From positions 66,948-130,947 of IMG/VR virus record IMGVR_UViG_3300032135_000003: DNA of 64,000 bases. The stretch is one strand, 5' to 3'. The DNA comes from a virus (lineage: Duplodnaviria; Caudoviricetes). Positions 1-9,647 of the stretch are shown one piece after another. The notes below the pieces were generated by a model, which had not been told where the DNA came from, did no database searches, and saw nothing but the letters and a program-made list of their open reading frames with translations. The position numbers and the translations under genes were made by a program. The first letter of the stretch is position 1, and every line of letters begins with the position of its first letter.

Positions 1-1
1 A

Positions 2-184
2 TTAAATAGTTGTGATAATTCAACAAACTGTAATTCAGTGTGGGACTATGAATTTGTGATAAGCGATAAACTTTTACAAACAGTTATAGGTATTACAGTT
101 CAAGAACTTGCACAATTTAGAAATCTTGTAGTGGATGAAAACCCAAATTTATCTTCGAACATTAAAAGTAGTACAATACAGTAA
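2..184 (+). CDS. 3' end of a virion structural (ring/neck-type) protein, truncated by the window edge
   Basis: Open frame from nt 2 (LNSCDNSTNCNSVWDYEFVISDKLLQ...SSTIQ*) ending TAA at 182-184, abutting the next ATG; position upstream of the IHF-like and tail genes. Confidence 0.55.
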   Translation, partial: LNSCDNSTNCNSVWDYEFVISDKLLQTVIGITVQELAQFRNLVVDENPNLSSNIKSSTIQ

Positions 185-658
185 ATGGATAAGATATTAC
201 CACAAACAAGGATATTAGGGAGAGAGGGTTTTAAGTTTTATAAGCAGAACTGTAATAAAGCTTTAAGAAATAAAAAGATTCACAGGGACAACCATTCTCA
301 AATAGTAAGTGCAATTTTTAGAAATGTTGCACAAAAGCTTCTTCACAATACAAGCGGGGTATTTTTAACTGGGATTGGATATTTTTGTATTATGATGTAC
401 CCTAAGAGAATGATGCTCAGGAATAAATATAGTAAGACAGGAGCTAAGCATTTAAATGTAGATACTGATTACAGAAACTACAGCCCTCAATGGATTTCAA
501 AGATGTACCCAAGTTTCTTTTATACTTGGACATTAGATAGAACTTTTTCCGACACAAATATCAGAAGACCTTTAGCACAGTTACTAAGAGCAGGGAAAAA
601 ATACATAATGGAATATACTCTTGTAAGATCACTTAAAGAGTCCAAATATAATAAGTAA
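185..658 (+). CDS. IHF/HU-like basic protein of the crAss-like structural module
   Basis: Basic 157 aa; helix followed by GVFLTGIGYF resembles the HU/IHF beta-arm start; lies immediately before the tail tubular gene as in crAss-like phages. Confidence 0.55.
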   Translation: MDKILPQTRILGREGFKFYKQNCNKALRNKKIHRDNHSQIVSAIFRNVAQKLLHNTSGVFLTGIGYFCIMMYPKRMMLRNKYSKTGAKHLNVDTDYRNYSPQWISKMYPSFFYTWTLDRTFSDTNIRRPLAQLLRAGKKYIMEYTLVRSLKESKYNK

Positions 659-1527
659 TGGAATTATCAGAGTTTATTGCAGAGATTAAAACCAGCATGA
701 AGTCTTATGATGCTGCAAACCTTATAGATGAGATATCTATCCAAAATTGGGTAATAGACGAATTAAAGAGATTTGGTGCAAATATCATGGATTTACAAGA
801 TTTTGTACTTCATATTAAAAACGGACAAGCAAGACTGCCAGATAATTACTGGCATTTAAGAATAGCTGCAAGGGTATATGCAGATAGATATAAAAATTTA
901 GATGGTAATGATGAGGATGTAAGATATTCAAGGGCTTTATATGATACAGTTGAAAGAGGAGCTACATGGACACCAGAGGGAGTGTGTAAAGAAATAACAG
1001 AAAAAACCGTTACAGAGAGAATCTACATCAATAAGGATAGGGTGGAATTACATTATAGTAACCCAATTTTGTTACAAGTATCTAAAGGAGTTATTCAAAA
1101 GAAAGGCGATTTTAATTGTATAAACCTTAGTAACTCAATGGCTGTTAAAAGCCCTTTTACAGTAGTTATTAATAACAGGACAATACAGGCTAATTTCTCT
1201 GAGGGAGTAATTTACTTACAGTATTATGGATTACTTGCAGATGATGATGGAAACATTATTATACCTGAGACTCAACACAACAGGCTTAAAACATATTTAG
1301 AATACTATGTAAAGTATAAAATACTAGAAGATTTAATGCTGAATGGAGATGACAGGAATGTAGGAAGTCTAATGCAGTTGTTTGACCAAAAAGCAAAACT
1401 ACATTTTGAAAATGCTATGACAGAAGCAAAATGGGAGTCCCTTAATTGGAAAGAAACCAGCAGAAAGTTAAAGAACCAGAGTAAAAGAAAAATGCGAGTT
1501 TTTGAAAATATGTTCCCAAGTATATAA
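658..1527 (+). CDS. Tail tubular / ring protein (P22 gp4-like, crAss Ttub)
   Basis: 289 aa; IQANFSEGVIYLQYYGLLADDDGNIIIP...LEYYVKYKI pattern typical of crAss-like Ttub; precedes the tail stabilisation gene. Confidence 0.7.
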   Translation: MELSEFIAEIKTSMKSYDAANLIDEISIQNWVIDELKRFGANIMDLQDFVLHIKNGQARLPDNYWHLRIAARVYADRYKNLDGNDEDVRYSRALYDTVERGATWTPEGVCKEITEKTVTERIYINKDRVELHYSNPILLQVSKGVIQKKGDFNCINLSNSMAVKSPFTVVINNRTIQANFSEGVIYLQYYGLLADDDGNIIIPETQHNRLKTYLEYYVKYKILEDLMLNGDDRNVGSLMQLFDQKAKLHFENAMTEAKWESLNWKETSRKLKNQSKRKMRVFENMFPSI

Positions 1528-1530
1528 TAT

Positions 1531-4500
1531 ATGAAAGATAACAGGACACTATCTTTAGGGAAACAAATGAACAGAGACTCATCTCCTTTTAATTTAAAGG
1601 AGACAGAGTATTCATTTGCACTTAACACAATGTTTGAGAGTGAGTCAGGAGACTCTTATAACCCCAAGAATGAGTATAGTAATATACTTGCTGTAAAGTT
1701 CTCTGAGGGTTTCAAGGTTGTAGGGCATAAAAATGATATTAATGAAGACAGAACCTTTTTCTTTTTAGCCAATCCTCTTACAAATGTTTCTGAAATTGGG
1801 TATATTAAAAACTCTACTAGGAATGTAGTAGTAGACGATTCTATACCTTTAGAGGAACAAACACAAGAACCTTATTCCCAATTTGTAATTTTATTAAATG
1901 ACAGTTTATCAAAATGTTTAAACCTTGACGTAGACTTTCCAGTTAAGAAAATAGAGATAAAAAAAGAAAAACTTGGAACTACTTTATACTGGGCAGATAA
2001 TAAAAACCCTGACAGGTCTTTTGTAGTAGAAAAAGTAAAAGGTTATATAAACACTGGTATTGTTAACTGTGACAAACTAAGAATAGATAAAAAACACATT
2101 TTACCTACTATTACCCCTGTATCTATTGAGGCAGGAGGACAGTTAGAAAAAGGGGTATATGAATTCCTTATTACCTACTGTGATAAATTAGGTAATGAGA
2201 TTGCTGAGTATGTATCTATCACAAATCCTGTTCATATTTTTAATAATAATGACAGGGTTATTGCAACTACAGAACTTAATGACAAAACAAATCAAGCAAT
2301 TAAATTATTAATTGAAGGTTTAGACACTCAGTACAAGTATTACAAAGTTGCAATCATTCAGAAGCTCTCAGACAACACTTCTTACTTTTCTGAGGGGATA
2401 CACCCAATTAACGACAAAGAAATCATAATATCCTCTGTACAGGATAAAAAACGCATAGATTTAAACAAGATACTTGCATCAAAAACCACGTATGTAAAAT
2501 CAGAGGGGGTTACTTCTTCTAATGGGTATTTATTTAGATATGGGTTAACGGCAGAAAAAGAATGGAACCTTCAGCCCATAACAAATCTACTTGGGGCTTT
2601 TGTAAGATGGCAAACAGTTGAGGCAAAAGAAGATTTATATGAAAGAGGTGAAGCCAGCTCTTTATTTAAAGGATATTACAGGGATGAAGTATATCCATTA
2701 TCCTGGAGAATAAAGACGAATACTGGTTATGTATCAGCCAACTTTCCCTTTATATCAAGACCAGCAACAGAGTTTATAGGTGAAGATCAAAAAGTAGTTA
2801 ATGAAAACGCTGTTATAGAAAACCTTGACACTAAATCTGTAAATACCTTAAACCCTAATTGTTCTCAGGAAGAACGAAATAAATACTGGCAATTTTATAA
2901 CACAGCACACGATGTAGAAAGGTGTACTGATTTCCAAGGAAATACTACTATAGTAACCCAACCCGTAAATAAGTTTTGTATTAGTGAAAATTTTAGTTCT
3001 TTAGAAGATGTATCTATTTATTTAGATATTTCTGAGGTTCCAAATTTTACTACTTTTACAGCGTACTTGGAAGAATTTGGGAATAATCTTACTGCAAATT
3101 TGCCCAATGATTATAATGAGGAAATATATAATAATGCAGAATTACAAAGCATACTCACAGATGAAAGAAAAGATGAAAATTGTAGTATTAATTATAGGGA
3201 TAATTGCATTGACCCAACCCTTATACAAAGTAATATATTTTTAGGAGATATAGAGAATGAAAAAATAAATCCTTCAGCCAAAGATAAAAAAGATTATGAA
3301 CTTTCCAAAGTTGTTCAGTTTTCCTATATTCACGATGTAAACACAGAAGGAAGAGGAAAAGTGGACGAGGAGTTTAAAGCAGAATTCTCAACTAACGAAC
3401 CCTACCCTTTTTCAAGAGCATCAACAACTAACGCAGAAAGATGTGTATCTTCAATCAACTCTGCACAGGTAAGCGAAGCTAATGAGAATAGCAGTGGACT
3501 TGTAATGCAATATTACGCTGATTTACAACAATCAAATCTACAAGAGTCCACAGTCTCAGAAATTGTAGGAGCAGGTTTTACAAATAAAATACATAAAGGA
3601 GCTATTTGGATCAAAAGTTCTATAAAAGATACAGGGAAAGCTATCATTGAAGTAACTAAATGGAAAAAGGCAAACTTTAACGATTTATTCAGTAGCGCAA
3701 AAGGAGATTTTTTTAACACAATAGGGAACCACAATGTAAGGGTTTCCGTTTACAAAGGAAGATGTACTAACTTAGAATTTGTAAAAGCTTTTATAGTAGA
3801 TGTTAGGGAAGGAGCTTTACTTACAGGAGAGGGAGAACCTATATTAGAGTCTGAGGTAGGAAGCGAAGATTTTTATATAGTCATAGACCCCCCAATAGTT
3901 CAAACTCCTGCTGTTAAGGGCTATGTAACAGCAGTTATAAACGGTGTATTTGGACTAGAGGTTCGGGCAGAAGAGTATAAATCTGCAACTATACATTTTG
4001 ATAAGATAAGTGTAAGCAAACAACAAAAATATGAATTAAGTTGTGACTTTGAAGTACCTATTTTTGACGAGTGTGAGCCACAACCTTATAAAAGTGGTAA
4101 ATTTTCTTACTGGGAGTCAATAGAAAAATACCCAGATAATAAAGAATTATTTGACAGCAGTACCTTAGAAATAGATACTATTGATATAGATGACAGTATA
4201 AAAGTAGAGTTTGAGAAGTTTTTTGTAGCTAGTAAAATAAACAATAAGTATCTATTAAAGCAGGACACAAACTTTGCGAATAAACCTATAAGGCATTTTA
4301 AGTTTCCAGATTTTAATGTGGCTCCATTTATGTCCACAAACTTAATAGTACCTTTTAGCCAATCTTATATATACCCATTAGGTGTAACCATATCTAAAAA
4401 AGCGGTAAATTCTTTCTTGGATATAGCGGTCAAAAATAAATTAATATCTCAAGAACAAAGAGACTCTATTACCAGTTTTGAAATGTTCAGGGGTGACAGG

Positions 4501-7500
4501 AGAGTTAATAAGAGTATATTAGGAAAAGGTATTGCCTATGATATGTATGATTATGAGGAGAAAGTAACAGGAGATAAAGTACTTTTTTCAAACTTTCCAT
4601 TTAATGATTTAGGGGACAACAAACTATCTTACGCAGATGAGAAAAGAACATCTTTTATAAAACACCCTTATAAAGGAAACAGGAACAACAAATTTACATT
4701 TCATTCCCCAGAGTATGACTACTATGATTTAAACATAGGGGCAGAAACTAAAATAGAAGCCTTCCAATATGGAACTTCAAGAGGTAATTTTGTAGATGTT
4801 GAAGATCACCCAACTTGGGTAATATTAGGAGAACGAGCGTATAAAAAGGCTAAGGATTTAGCAATTTTAGAGTTTGCGTTAGAAACTGCAATACGTTTAG
4901 CCGAAAACTTAATACAAGCTTCTCAAAACTATTGGTTTATTGGAGGATTAGGTTCAACAGGAGGTAATCCTTGGGGAGCTATAGGGGCTACAGGGTTTGC
5001 CCTTGGGCTCTCAGGCTTTGAAGCATTGGTAAATGTAGTCCCTGTTGTAGGAAGATACAGGTATGAATGGTTAAAAATATTCAGAGATTTAGGACAACCA
5101 GAAAACTTTGCAACTCAGTATGTAGCAGAGGGATTTTATAACTATGCAGAACCTAACTATTGGTATGAAGGTGGAAGTAAAAGCTCCTTAGGAAACAGTC
5201 TTAGAGCAATTTCAACTGGAAAAGAATTAAAAGAAGGACGTTACACTTTTACGGAAAAAACAGGAGAACAACTTAAAGTTAACAACTTAGACAGGGAAAA
5301 AAGCTTACTCCTAACCTTTGGAAATGACTATTTATTAGAGTACCCCGCAGGGTATAAAACCTATGACAATGGAAATGAAGATTCTTATGGAAGCAGTAGG
5401 TCTATACAATCGGACAGTGGTGTTTGCATGGCTGGGAAAAGCCCTGAGATAAAGAAAAACATTGCTTCTCCATATATGAGCTTAAAGAACTACGTACCAT
5501 TTCAATATGGCTCTATCAGCTCTATTAAGTGGTTACAGGCTTCTAAAAGTGTTAATCTTGATGGGGACAATACTTGTTACAGTATTTTTGGAGGAGATAT
5601 ATTTATTTCAAGGTACACTTTAAAAAGGAAAGTACCTTTATTTACAGATACAGCCTTTGGACTTGCACCATTAACACCATATAACTATTATAGAAACAGT
5701 AATTTAGGATATACAAGATTTTACTGTAATTACGAGTTAGGAAATGAAAAAACTCTTGGAGATATCTTATTTCCTGATTTTGAAAGTGAGTATGTTTTTG
5801 ATTGTCAAACTGCATCTTCTGGGTCTTATGTGAAGCCGCCATCAAAAATGTACTTGAATTATTACGGGATTCCTAATTTCCTTGTAGAATCAGAACTTAA
5901 TTTAAATTTAAGGTATGGTAAGAAAGAACCAAGAAATAATTTTTATCCAGAAGTGGGAGACTTTGTTGACTGGACACAAGAAACTAATGTACCCATAAGA
6001 GAACCAAACAGACTCTATTACAATAATGTTTATTCTTCTACTGTATCAGAGGTTTCTTACAGGACTTTACCTGATTACTACTCTAAAGAAGAGTTTGACA
6101 TCTTATATGACTCACCTAATGGAGTGATATATTCCATGCAGGACACTTCTGAGAATGATTTAACTGATCCTTGGGCAATATTTAGACCGTTAGATTATTA
6201 CCAATTTCCATCTTCTTATGGAAAACTTTTGGACTTGAAAGGAATAGAGAGCGCACAGGTACTTGGAAGATTTGAAAACACTTCTGTTATCTTTAATGCT
6301 GTTAACCAATATAAAGATGCTCAGGACGCAGCTACAAGGGAGCTTGGAACAGGTGGTATATTTGCAGCCAGACCTATGGAGTTTAGTAATACCGAACTTG
6401 GGTATGGGGGAACAGGCACTTATCAAATTGTGAGTAATGAGTATGGGCATTTTTATCCCGATACAGACAGGGGACAGGTATTTCAAGCAGGAGCAAAAAG
6501 CCTGCAAGAGATATCTTCGATAGTTGGAGGTAAGGCAGTTGGAATGAAAGCTTGGTTTAAAGAGCATTTGCCTTTTAAAATTAAAAATTCTTTAGTTGAG
6601 AACTATGAATTTATAGATACAGATAATGCCTTGAATGGTATTGGTATAACAATGGGGTGGGACGCTAAATTTGATAGGGTTTTACTTACTAAAATTGATT
6701 ACATACCTTTACAGGAAATGTACTACTGTGGAAGTAAGTTCTTAGACTTTAGCTGCAACTCAATATCTTATTGTGAATACGTTAATAAAGAATTAACTAT
6801 TCAAAATTATTTAGATCAAGGGTATAGGTATTTAGAACAAGACTGCCAATTAATATTCCAAAAAGTAACAGAGAGTTGTACATACAGTTTTAATTTTTGC
6901 ACATTCCCTGATAAAGAAACAAAAGAACAAGTATTAATAAGTACAGGATTTAATTTTAGTAAACAAGTAGATTGTGTTTTAGAATATGAAAAAGTTGAGG
7001 AGATTTGTGATGAAAATTCAAAACAATCTGAGATACAAGCACTTTTAACCGCAGGGTATGTAGAAAGTAGTAGGGTTGAATGCGAAATAACTTACTCAAA
7101 AAGCACTGATACTTGTACTTTTGTAAATCAACAAACGCAAATAAATGCTTTGTTAGCAGATGGATACACTTATAAAGAGGACACAGACTGTAGAAAAGTC
7201 TTTGAAAAAGCAGATGTAATACCTGCACCACCAAGTAATATAGCCAATGACGACTTTGTAGAGGTAGCTCAGGGGCAATTAGTTTCTTTCAACGTTATTA
7301 CAAATGACGTAAGTGGAACAAGTCAAGCTCTTTCCATACATTCATTTACACAGCCTCTTTATGGAACACTAACTAAAGTAAATAGCACTACTTTCAGATA
7401 TACCCATAATGGGACAGATAATTTTGCAGACACTTTTAACTATACAGCCACAAATGACAATGGAGAAACAAACATAGCAACTGTATCTATCTCAATAAGT

Positions 7501-8550
7501 TTTGAACTGGCTTGGAGACCAACACAACCTTATTGTTTAGCTTATGAGCCTCCTTATTATCAACTTACCGCCCATTTTGAGGGTATTAGAAGCGATAAAC
7601 CTAATGATAGGTATGCAGTAAGCACAGTTTCAGGATATACACCACCAGACGGTATTTTACTACAGAGAACTAAGGAAGATGATACAGTAAGAGAAACTAA
7701 TATTGATAATAACACTAAGTTAACACCTTCTTTTCAAAACAATGATAAGGCATGGTCTACTATCCCTTTAGATAAATTAAGATCTTTAAAAGCGAGGTTC
7801 CACATGATAAAAGGACTTTTATTTAATCCAAGTCAAAATACACCTAACTTAGAAGTCTTAGACCTACGTGGAAACAGGACGGAGTTATTAGACTTAGATA
7901 TGACAAATTGTATTAAGTTAAAAGAGCTTGTTATTAGTGAGTGCTATATTGATTCTATATCCTTACCGCCTACTGATATAAATGATACTAATAATTATTT
8001 TACTTGGGCTTATTTAGGGGATTACAATGTAGCTGATAGGAGACAAATGCCGCCTGTACAAGTAGTAGACTCAGTTACCGAGAGAGCATACTACTCTAAA
8101 GTAGCCACGGGACAAGTTTCTACTGGTAGTACTAAAAGGTTGGCTACGGATACAGGAAATGGCACTTTAGTTATTAATGGAATCAATATGCACTATGATT
8201 TAGTGAACAGCAAAAATTGGAATGTAAACCATTTATCGGTAGAAGGGTTTTCTAAAAGTTTTGGCTCAAGTGCAGCAGGGAGCCTATCTTTAGATTTTAT
8301 GACTTCACACCATAATTATAATATAGTGATTGAAAACGCCACTTGGCTAACTTGTACAAACCCTACTGGTAATTATTCGTTAGAAGTACAAACGCTTAAC
8401 TTTACAGCGACTGATAACAATACAGGATCACCGAGAAGTACAGTAATTAAATTTAGAAAAATAAAAGAGTATCCAAGAACAACCAGTCAAATTAATGAAG
8501 ATGGGGACGAGTACCATCATGCAGCTTGGATAACAATAACACAACCTTAA
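1531..8550 (+). CDS. Tail stabilisation/muzzle protein (P22 gp10-like), N-terminal core fused to Cys repeats, Ig-like (Big_9), LRR-like and BACON-like domains
   Basis: N-terminal MNRDSSP..YSFALN, GYYRDEVY, IRHFKFPD, FGGDIFISR, GITMGWDAKFDRVLLTK motifs of crAss-like Tstab; then four ~33-aa Cys repeats, an ANDD...DTFNYT Ig-like domain, LEVLDLRGN and C-terminal WL...N.G..R...ITITQ. Confidence 0.75.
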   Translation: MKDNRTLSLGKQMNRDSSPFNLKETEYSFALNTMFESESGDSYNPKNEYSNILAVKFSEGFKVVGHKNDINEDRTFFFLANPLTNVSEIGYIKNSTRNVVVDDSIPLEEQTQEPYSQFVILLNDSLSKCLNLDVDFPVKKIEIKKEKLGTTLYWADNKNPDRSFVVEKVKGYINTGIVNCDKLRIDKKHILPTITPVSIEAGGQLEKGVYEFLITYCDKLGNEIAEYVSITNPVHIFNNNDRVIATTELNDKTNQAIKLLIEGLDTQYKYYKVAIIQKLSDNTSYFSEGIHPINDKEIIISSVQDKKRIDLNKILASKTTYVKSEGVTSSNGYLFRYGLTAEKEWNLQPITNLLGAFVRWQTVEAKEDLYERGEASSLFKGYYRDEVYPLSWRIKTNTGYVSANFPFISRPATEFIGEDQKVVNENAVIENLDTKSVNTLNPNCSQEERNKYWQFYNTAHDVERCTDFQGNTTIVTQPVNKFCISENFSSLEDVSIYLDISEVPNFTTFTAYLEEFGNNLTANLPNDYNEEIYNNAELQSILTDERKDENCSINYRDNCIDPTLIQSNIFLGDIENEKINPSAKDKKDYELSKVVQFSYIHDVNTEGRGKVDEEFKAEFSTNEPYPFSRASTTNAERCVSSINSAQVSEANENSSGLVMQYYADLQQSNLQESTVSEIVGAGFTNKIHKGAIWIKSSIKDTGKAIIEVTKWKKANFNDLFSSAKGDFFNTIGNHNVRVSVYKGRCTNLEFVKAFIVDVREGALLTGEGEPILESEVGSEDFYIVIDPPIVQTPAVKGYVTAVINGVFGLEVRAEEYKSATIHFDKISVSKQQKYELSCDFEVPIFDECEPQPYKSGKFSYWESIEKYPDNKELFDSSTLEIDTIDIDDSIKVEFEKFFVASKINNKYLLKQDTNFANKPIRHFKFPDFNVAPFMSTNLIVPFSQSYIYPLGVTISKKAVNSFLDIAVKNKLISQEQRDSITSFEMFRGDRRVNKSILGKGIAYDMYDYEEKVTGDKVLFSNFPFNDLGDNKLSYADEKRTSFIKHPYKGNRNNKFTFHSPEYDYYDLNIGAETKIEAFQYGTSRGNFVDVEDHPTWVILGERAYKKAKDLAILEFALETAIRLAENLIQASQNYWFIGGLGSTGGNPWGAIGATGFALGLSGFEALVNVVPVVGRYRYEWLKIFRDLGQPENFATQYVAEGFYNYAEPNYWYEGGSKSSLGNSLRAISTGKELKEGRYTFTEKTGEQLKVNNLDREKSLLLTFGNDYLLEYPAGYKTYDNGNEDSYGSSRSIQSDSGVCMAGKSPEIKKNIASPYMSLKNYVPFQYGSISSIKWLQASKSVNLDGDNTCYSIFGGDIFISRYTLKRKVPLFTDTAFGLAPLTPYNYYRNSNLGYTRFYCNYELGNEKTLGDILFPDFESEYVFDCQTASSGSYVKPPSKMYLNYYGIPNFLVESELNLNLRYGKKEPRNNFYPEVGDFVDWTQETNVPIREPNRLYYNNVYSSTVSEVSYRTLPDYYSKEEFDILYDSPNGVIYSMQDTSENDLTDPWAIFRPLDYYQFPSSYGKLLDLKGIESAQVLGRFENTSVIFNAVNQYKDAQDAATRELGTGGIFAARPMEFSNTELGYGGTGTYQIVSNEYGHFYPDTDRGQVFQAGAKSLQEISSIVGGKAVGMKAWFKEHLPFKIKNSLVENYEFIDTDNALNGIGITMGWDAKFDRVLLTKIDYIPLQEMYYCGSKFLDFSCNSISYCEYVNKELTIQNYLDQGYRYLEQDCQLIFQKVTESCTYSFNFCTFPDKETKEQVLISTGFNFSKQVDCVLEYEKVEEICDENSKQSEIQALLTAGYVESSRVECEITYSKSTDTCTFVNQQTQINALLADGYTYKEDTDCRKVFEKADVIPAPPSNIANDDFVEVAQGQLVSFNVITNDVSGTSQALSIHSFTQPLYGTLTKVNSTTFRYTHNGTDNFADTFNYTATNDNGETNIATVSISISFELAWRPTQPYCLAYEPPYYQLTAHFEGIRSDKPNDRYAVSTVSGYTPPDGILLQRTKEDDTVRETNIDNNTKLTPSFQNNDKAWSTIPLDKLRSLKARFHMIKGLLFNPSQNTPNLEVLDLRGNRTELLDLDMTNCIKLKELVISECYIDSISLPPTDINDTNNYFTWAYLGDYNVADRRQMPPVQVVDSVTERAYYSKVATGQVSTGSTKRLATDTGNGTLVINGINMHYDLVNSKNWNVNHLSVEGFSKSFGSSAAGSLSLDFMTSHHNYNIVIENATWLTCTNPTGNYSLEVQTLNFTATDNNTGSPRSTVIKFRKIKEYPRTTSQINEDGDEYHHAAWITITQP
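6772..7212 (+). repeat. Four tandem ~33-aa Cys-bracketed repeats (C-x4-K-x3-I-x6-GY-x6-7-C-x3-F-x-K)
   Basis: CEYVNKELTIQNYLDQGYRYLEQDCQLIFQK; CTFPDKETKEQVLISTGFNFSKQVDCVLEYEK; CDENSKQSEIQALLTAGYVESSRVECEITYSK; CTFVNQQTQINALLADGYTYKEDTDCRKVFEK. Confidence 0.85.
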
Positions 8551-8551
8551 C

Positions 8552-9643
8552 ATGACAAACACAGGATATAAAGCCTATACCACATTAGAACAATACAATG
8601 TTTACTCTGGAAACGCAACTGGGGTGACAAAACCTAACACTGTAGGTGATGCAGATTATGTAGCCCCAGTTTTGGATGAAGTATATTGCCCTATAGAAAG
8701 TACAATTAATTGGATTGCAGGGGGTTTTTATAATAGTAGTGAGGAGAACGTATTAAAATCTACAGACGGTATAAACTGGGATTATAGTAGAATACCAACT
8801 TTGTTTGATATTTATGACATCTCTTTTGTCAATGGGGAGTGGTTTGCTGTTGGGGCTTCTCAGGATAATGTTGGAGGAGGTTTTAATAATAAAGTAATGA
8901 GGTCTTTTGACACGATTACTTGGGCTGAGGCAGTAATACCACAAATAAGTAGTGTGCAAAGTATAAATTATGCCAATGGCATTTATGTAGCCACAGGAAG
9001 AGCTGACTCTAGTGGATTAAACACAATTGCTACCTCTGTAGATGGAGTTAACTGGACAGGAAGAGGGATAGGAGGACTAGATATAAATTCAATGGGGGTT
9101 ACTTTTGCAAATGGAATATGGGTTGCCTATGGAGAAAGTGATGCCCCAGACAGAGGGTCATTAGCATACTCTACAGATGCAATAAATTGGACACCAACGT
9201 TTAACTACTACTACGACAAAGGATTTACCTTTGGGTATGACGCTTTTTACAATGGAAGTTACTGGATATCAACTGGACTTAAAGGAGGCAGTAATACAAA
9301 TGTTGTTGGAAAATCTTCTGATGGAATAAACTGGACACCCTATAGCACAGGGGCTACAGTAGATAATACAGGTAGAAGATTAGGATATTTTAATAATTTA
9401 TGGGTGTTAGGAGGAAAAGGAAGTTTTGAAATTGCAACTTCTACTAATGGGCAAAGTTGGACTGGAAGATTAAATCAAGACTTAATTGATATTAGAGATT
9501 TCGAGTATAATGACAACAAAATAATTTCAGTAGGGGGAAAATCAGAATCAGTTGGTAAAATATATTCAAGCACAAATGCAACAACTTGGACAGAGTTAGC
9601 CCAAACCAGATTAGGACTTTACACAATAGCTATTAGAAAATAA
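8552..9643 (+). CDS. Asp-box/BNR-repeat beta-propeller, putative receptor-binding or tail accessory protein
   Basis: Repeated S-x-D-G-x-x-W motifs (STDGINW, SFDTITW, SVDGVNW, STDAINW, SSDGINW, STNGQSW, STNATTW) after a short N-terminal NTGYKAYTTLEQY...PDY/ADYVAPV...CP-type module. Confidence 0.7.
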   Translation: MTNTGYKAYTTLEQYNVYSGNATGVTKPNTVGDADYVAPVLDEVYCPIESTINWIAGGFYNSSEENVLKSTDGINWDYSRIPTLFDIYDISFVNGEWFAVGASQDNVGGGFNNKVMRSFDTITWAEAVIPQISSVQSINYANGIYVATGRADSSGLNTIATSVDGVNWTGRGIGGLDINSMGVTFANGIWVAYGESDAPDRGSLAYSTDAINWTPTFNYYYDKGFTFGYDAFYNGSYWISTGLKGGSNTNVVGKSSDGINWTPYSTGATVDNTGRRLGYFNNLWVLGGKGSFEIATSTNGQSWTGRLNQDLIDIRDFEYNDNKIISVGGKSESVGKIYSSTNATTWTELAQTRLGLYTIAIRK

Positions 9644-9647
9644 AAAT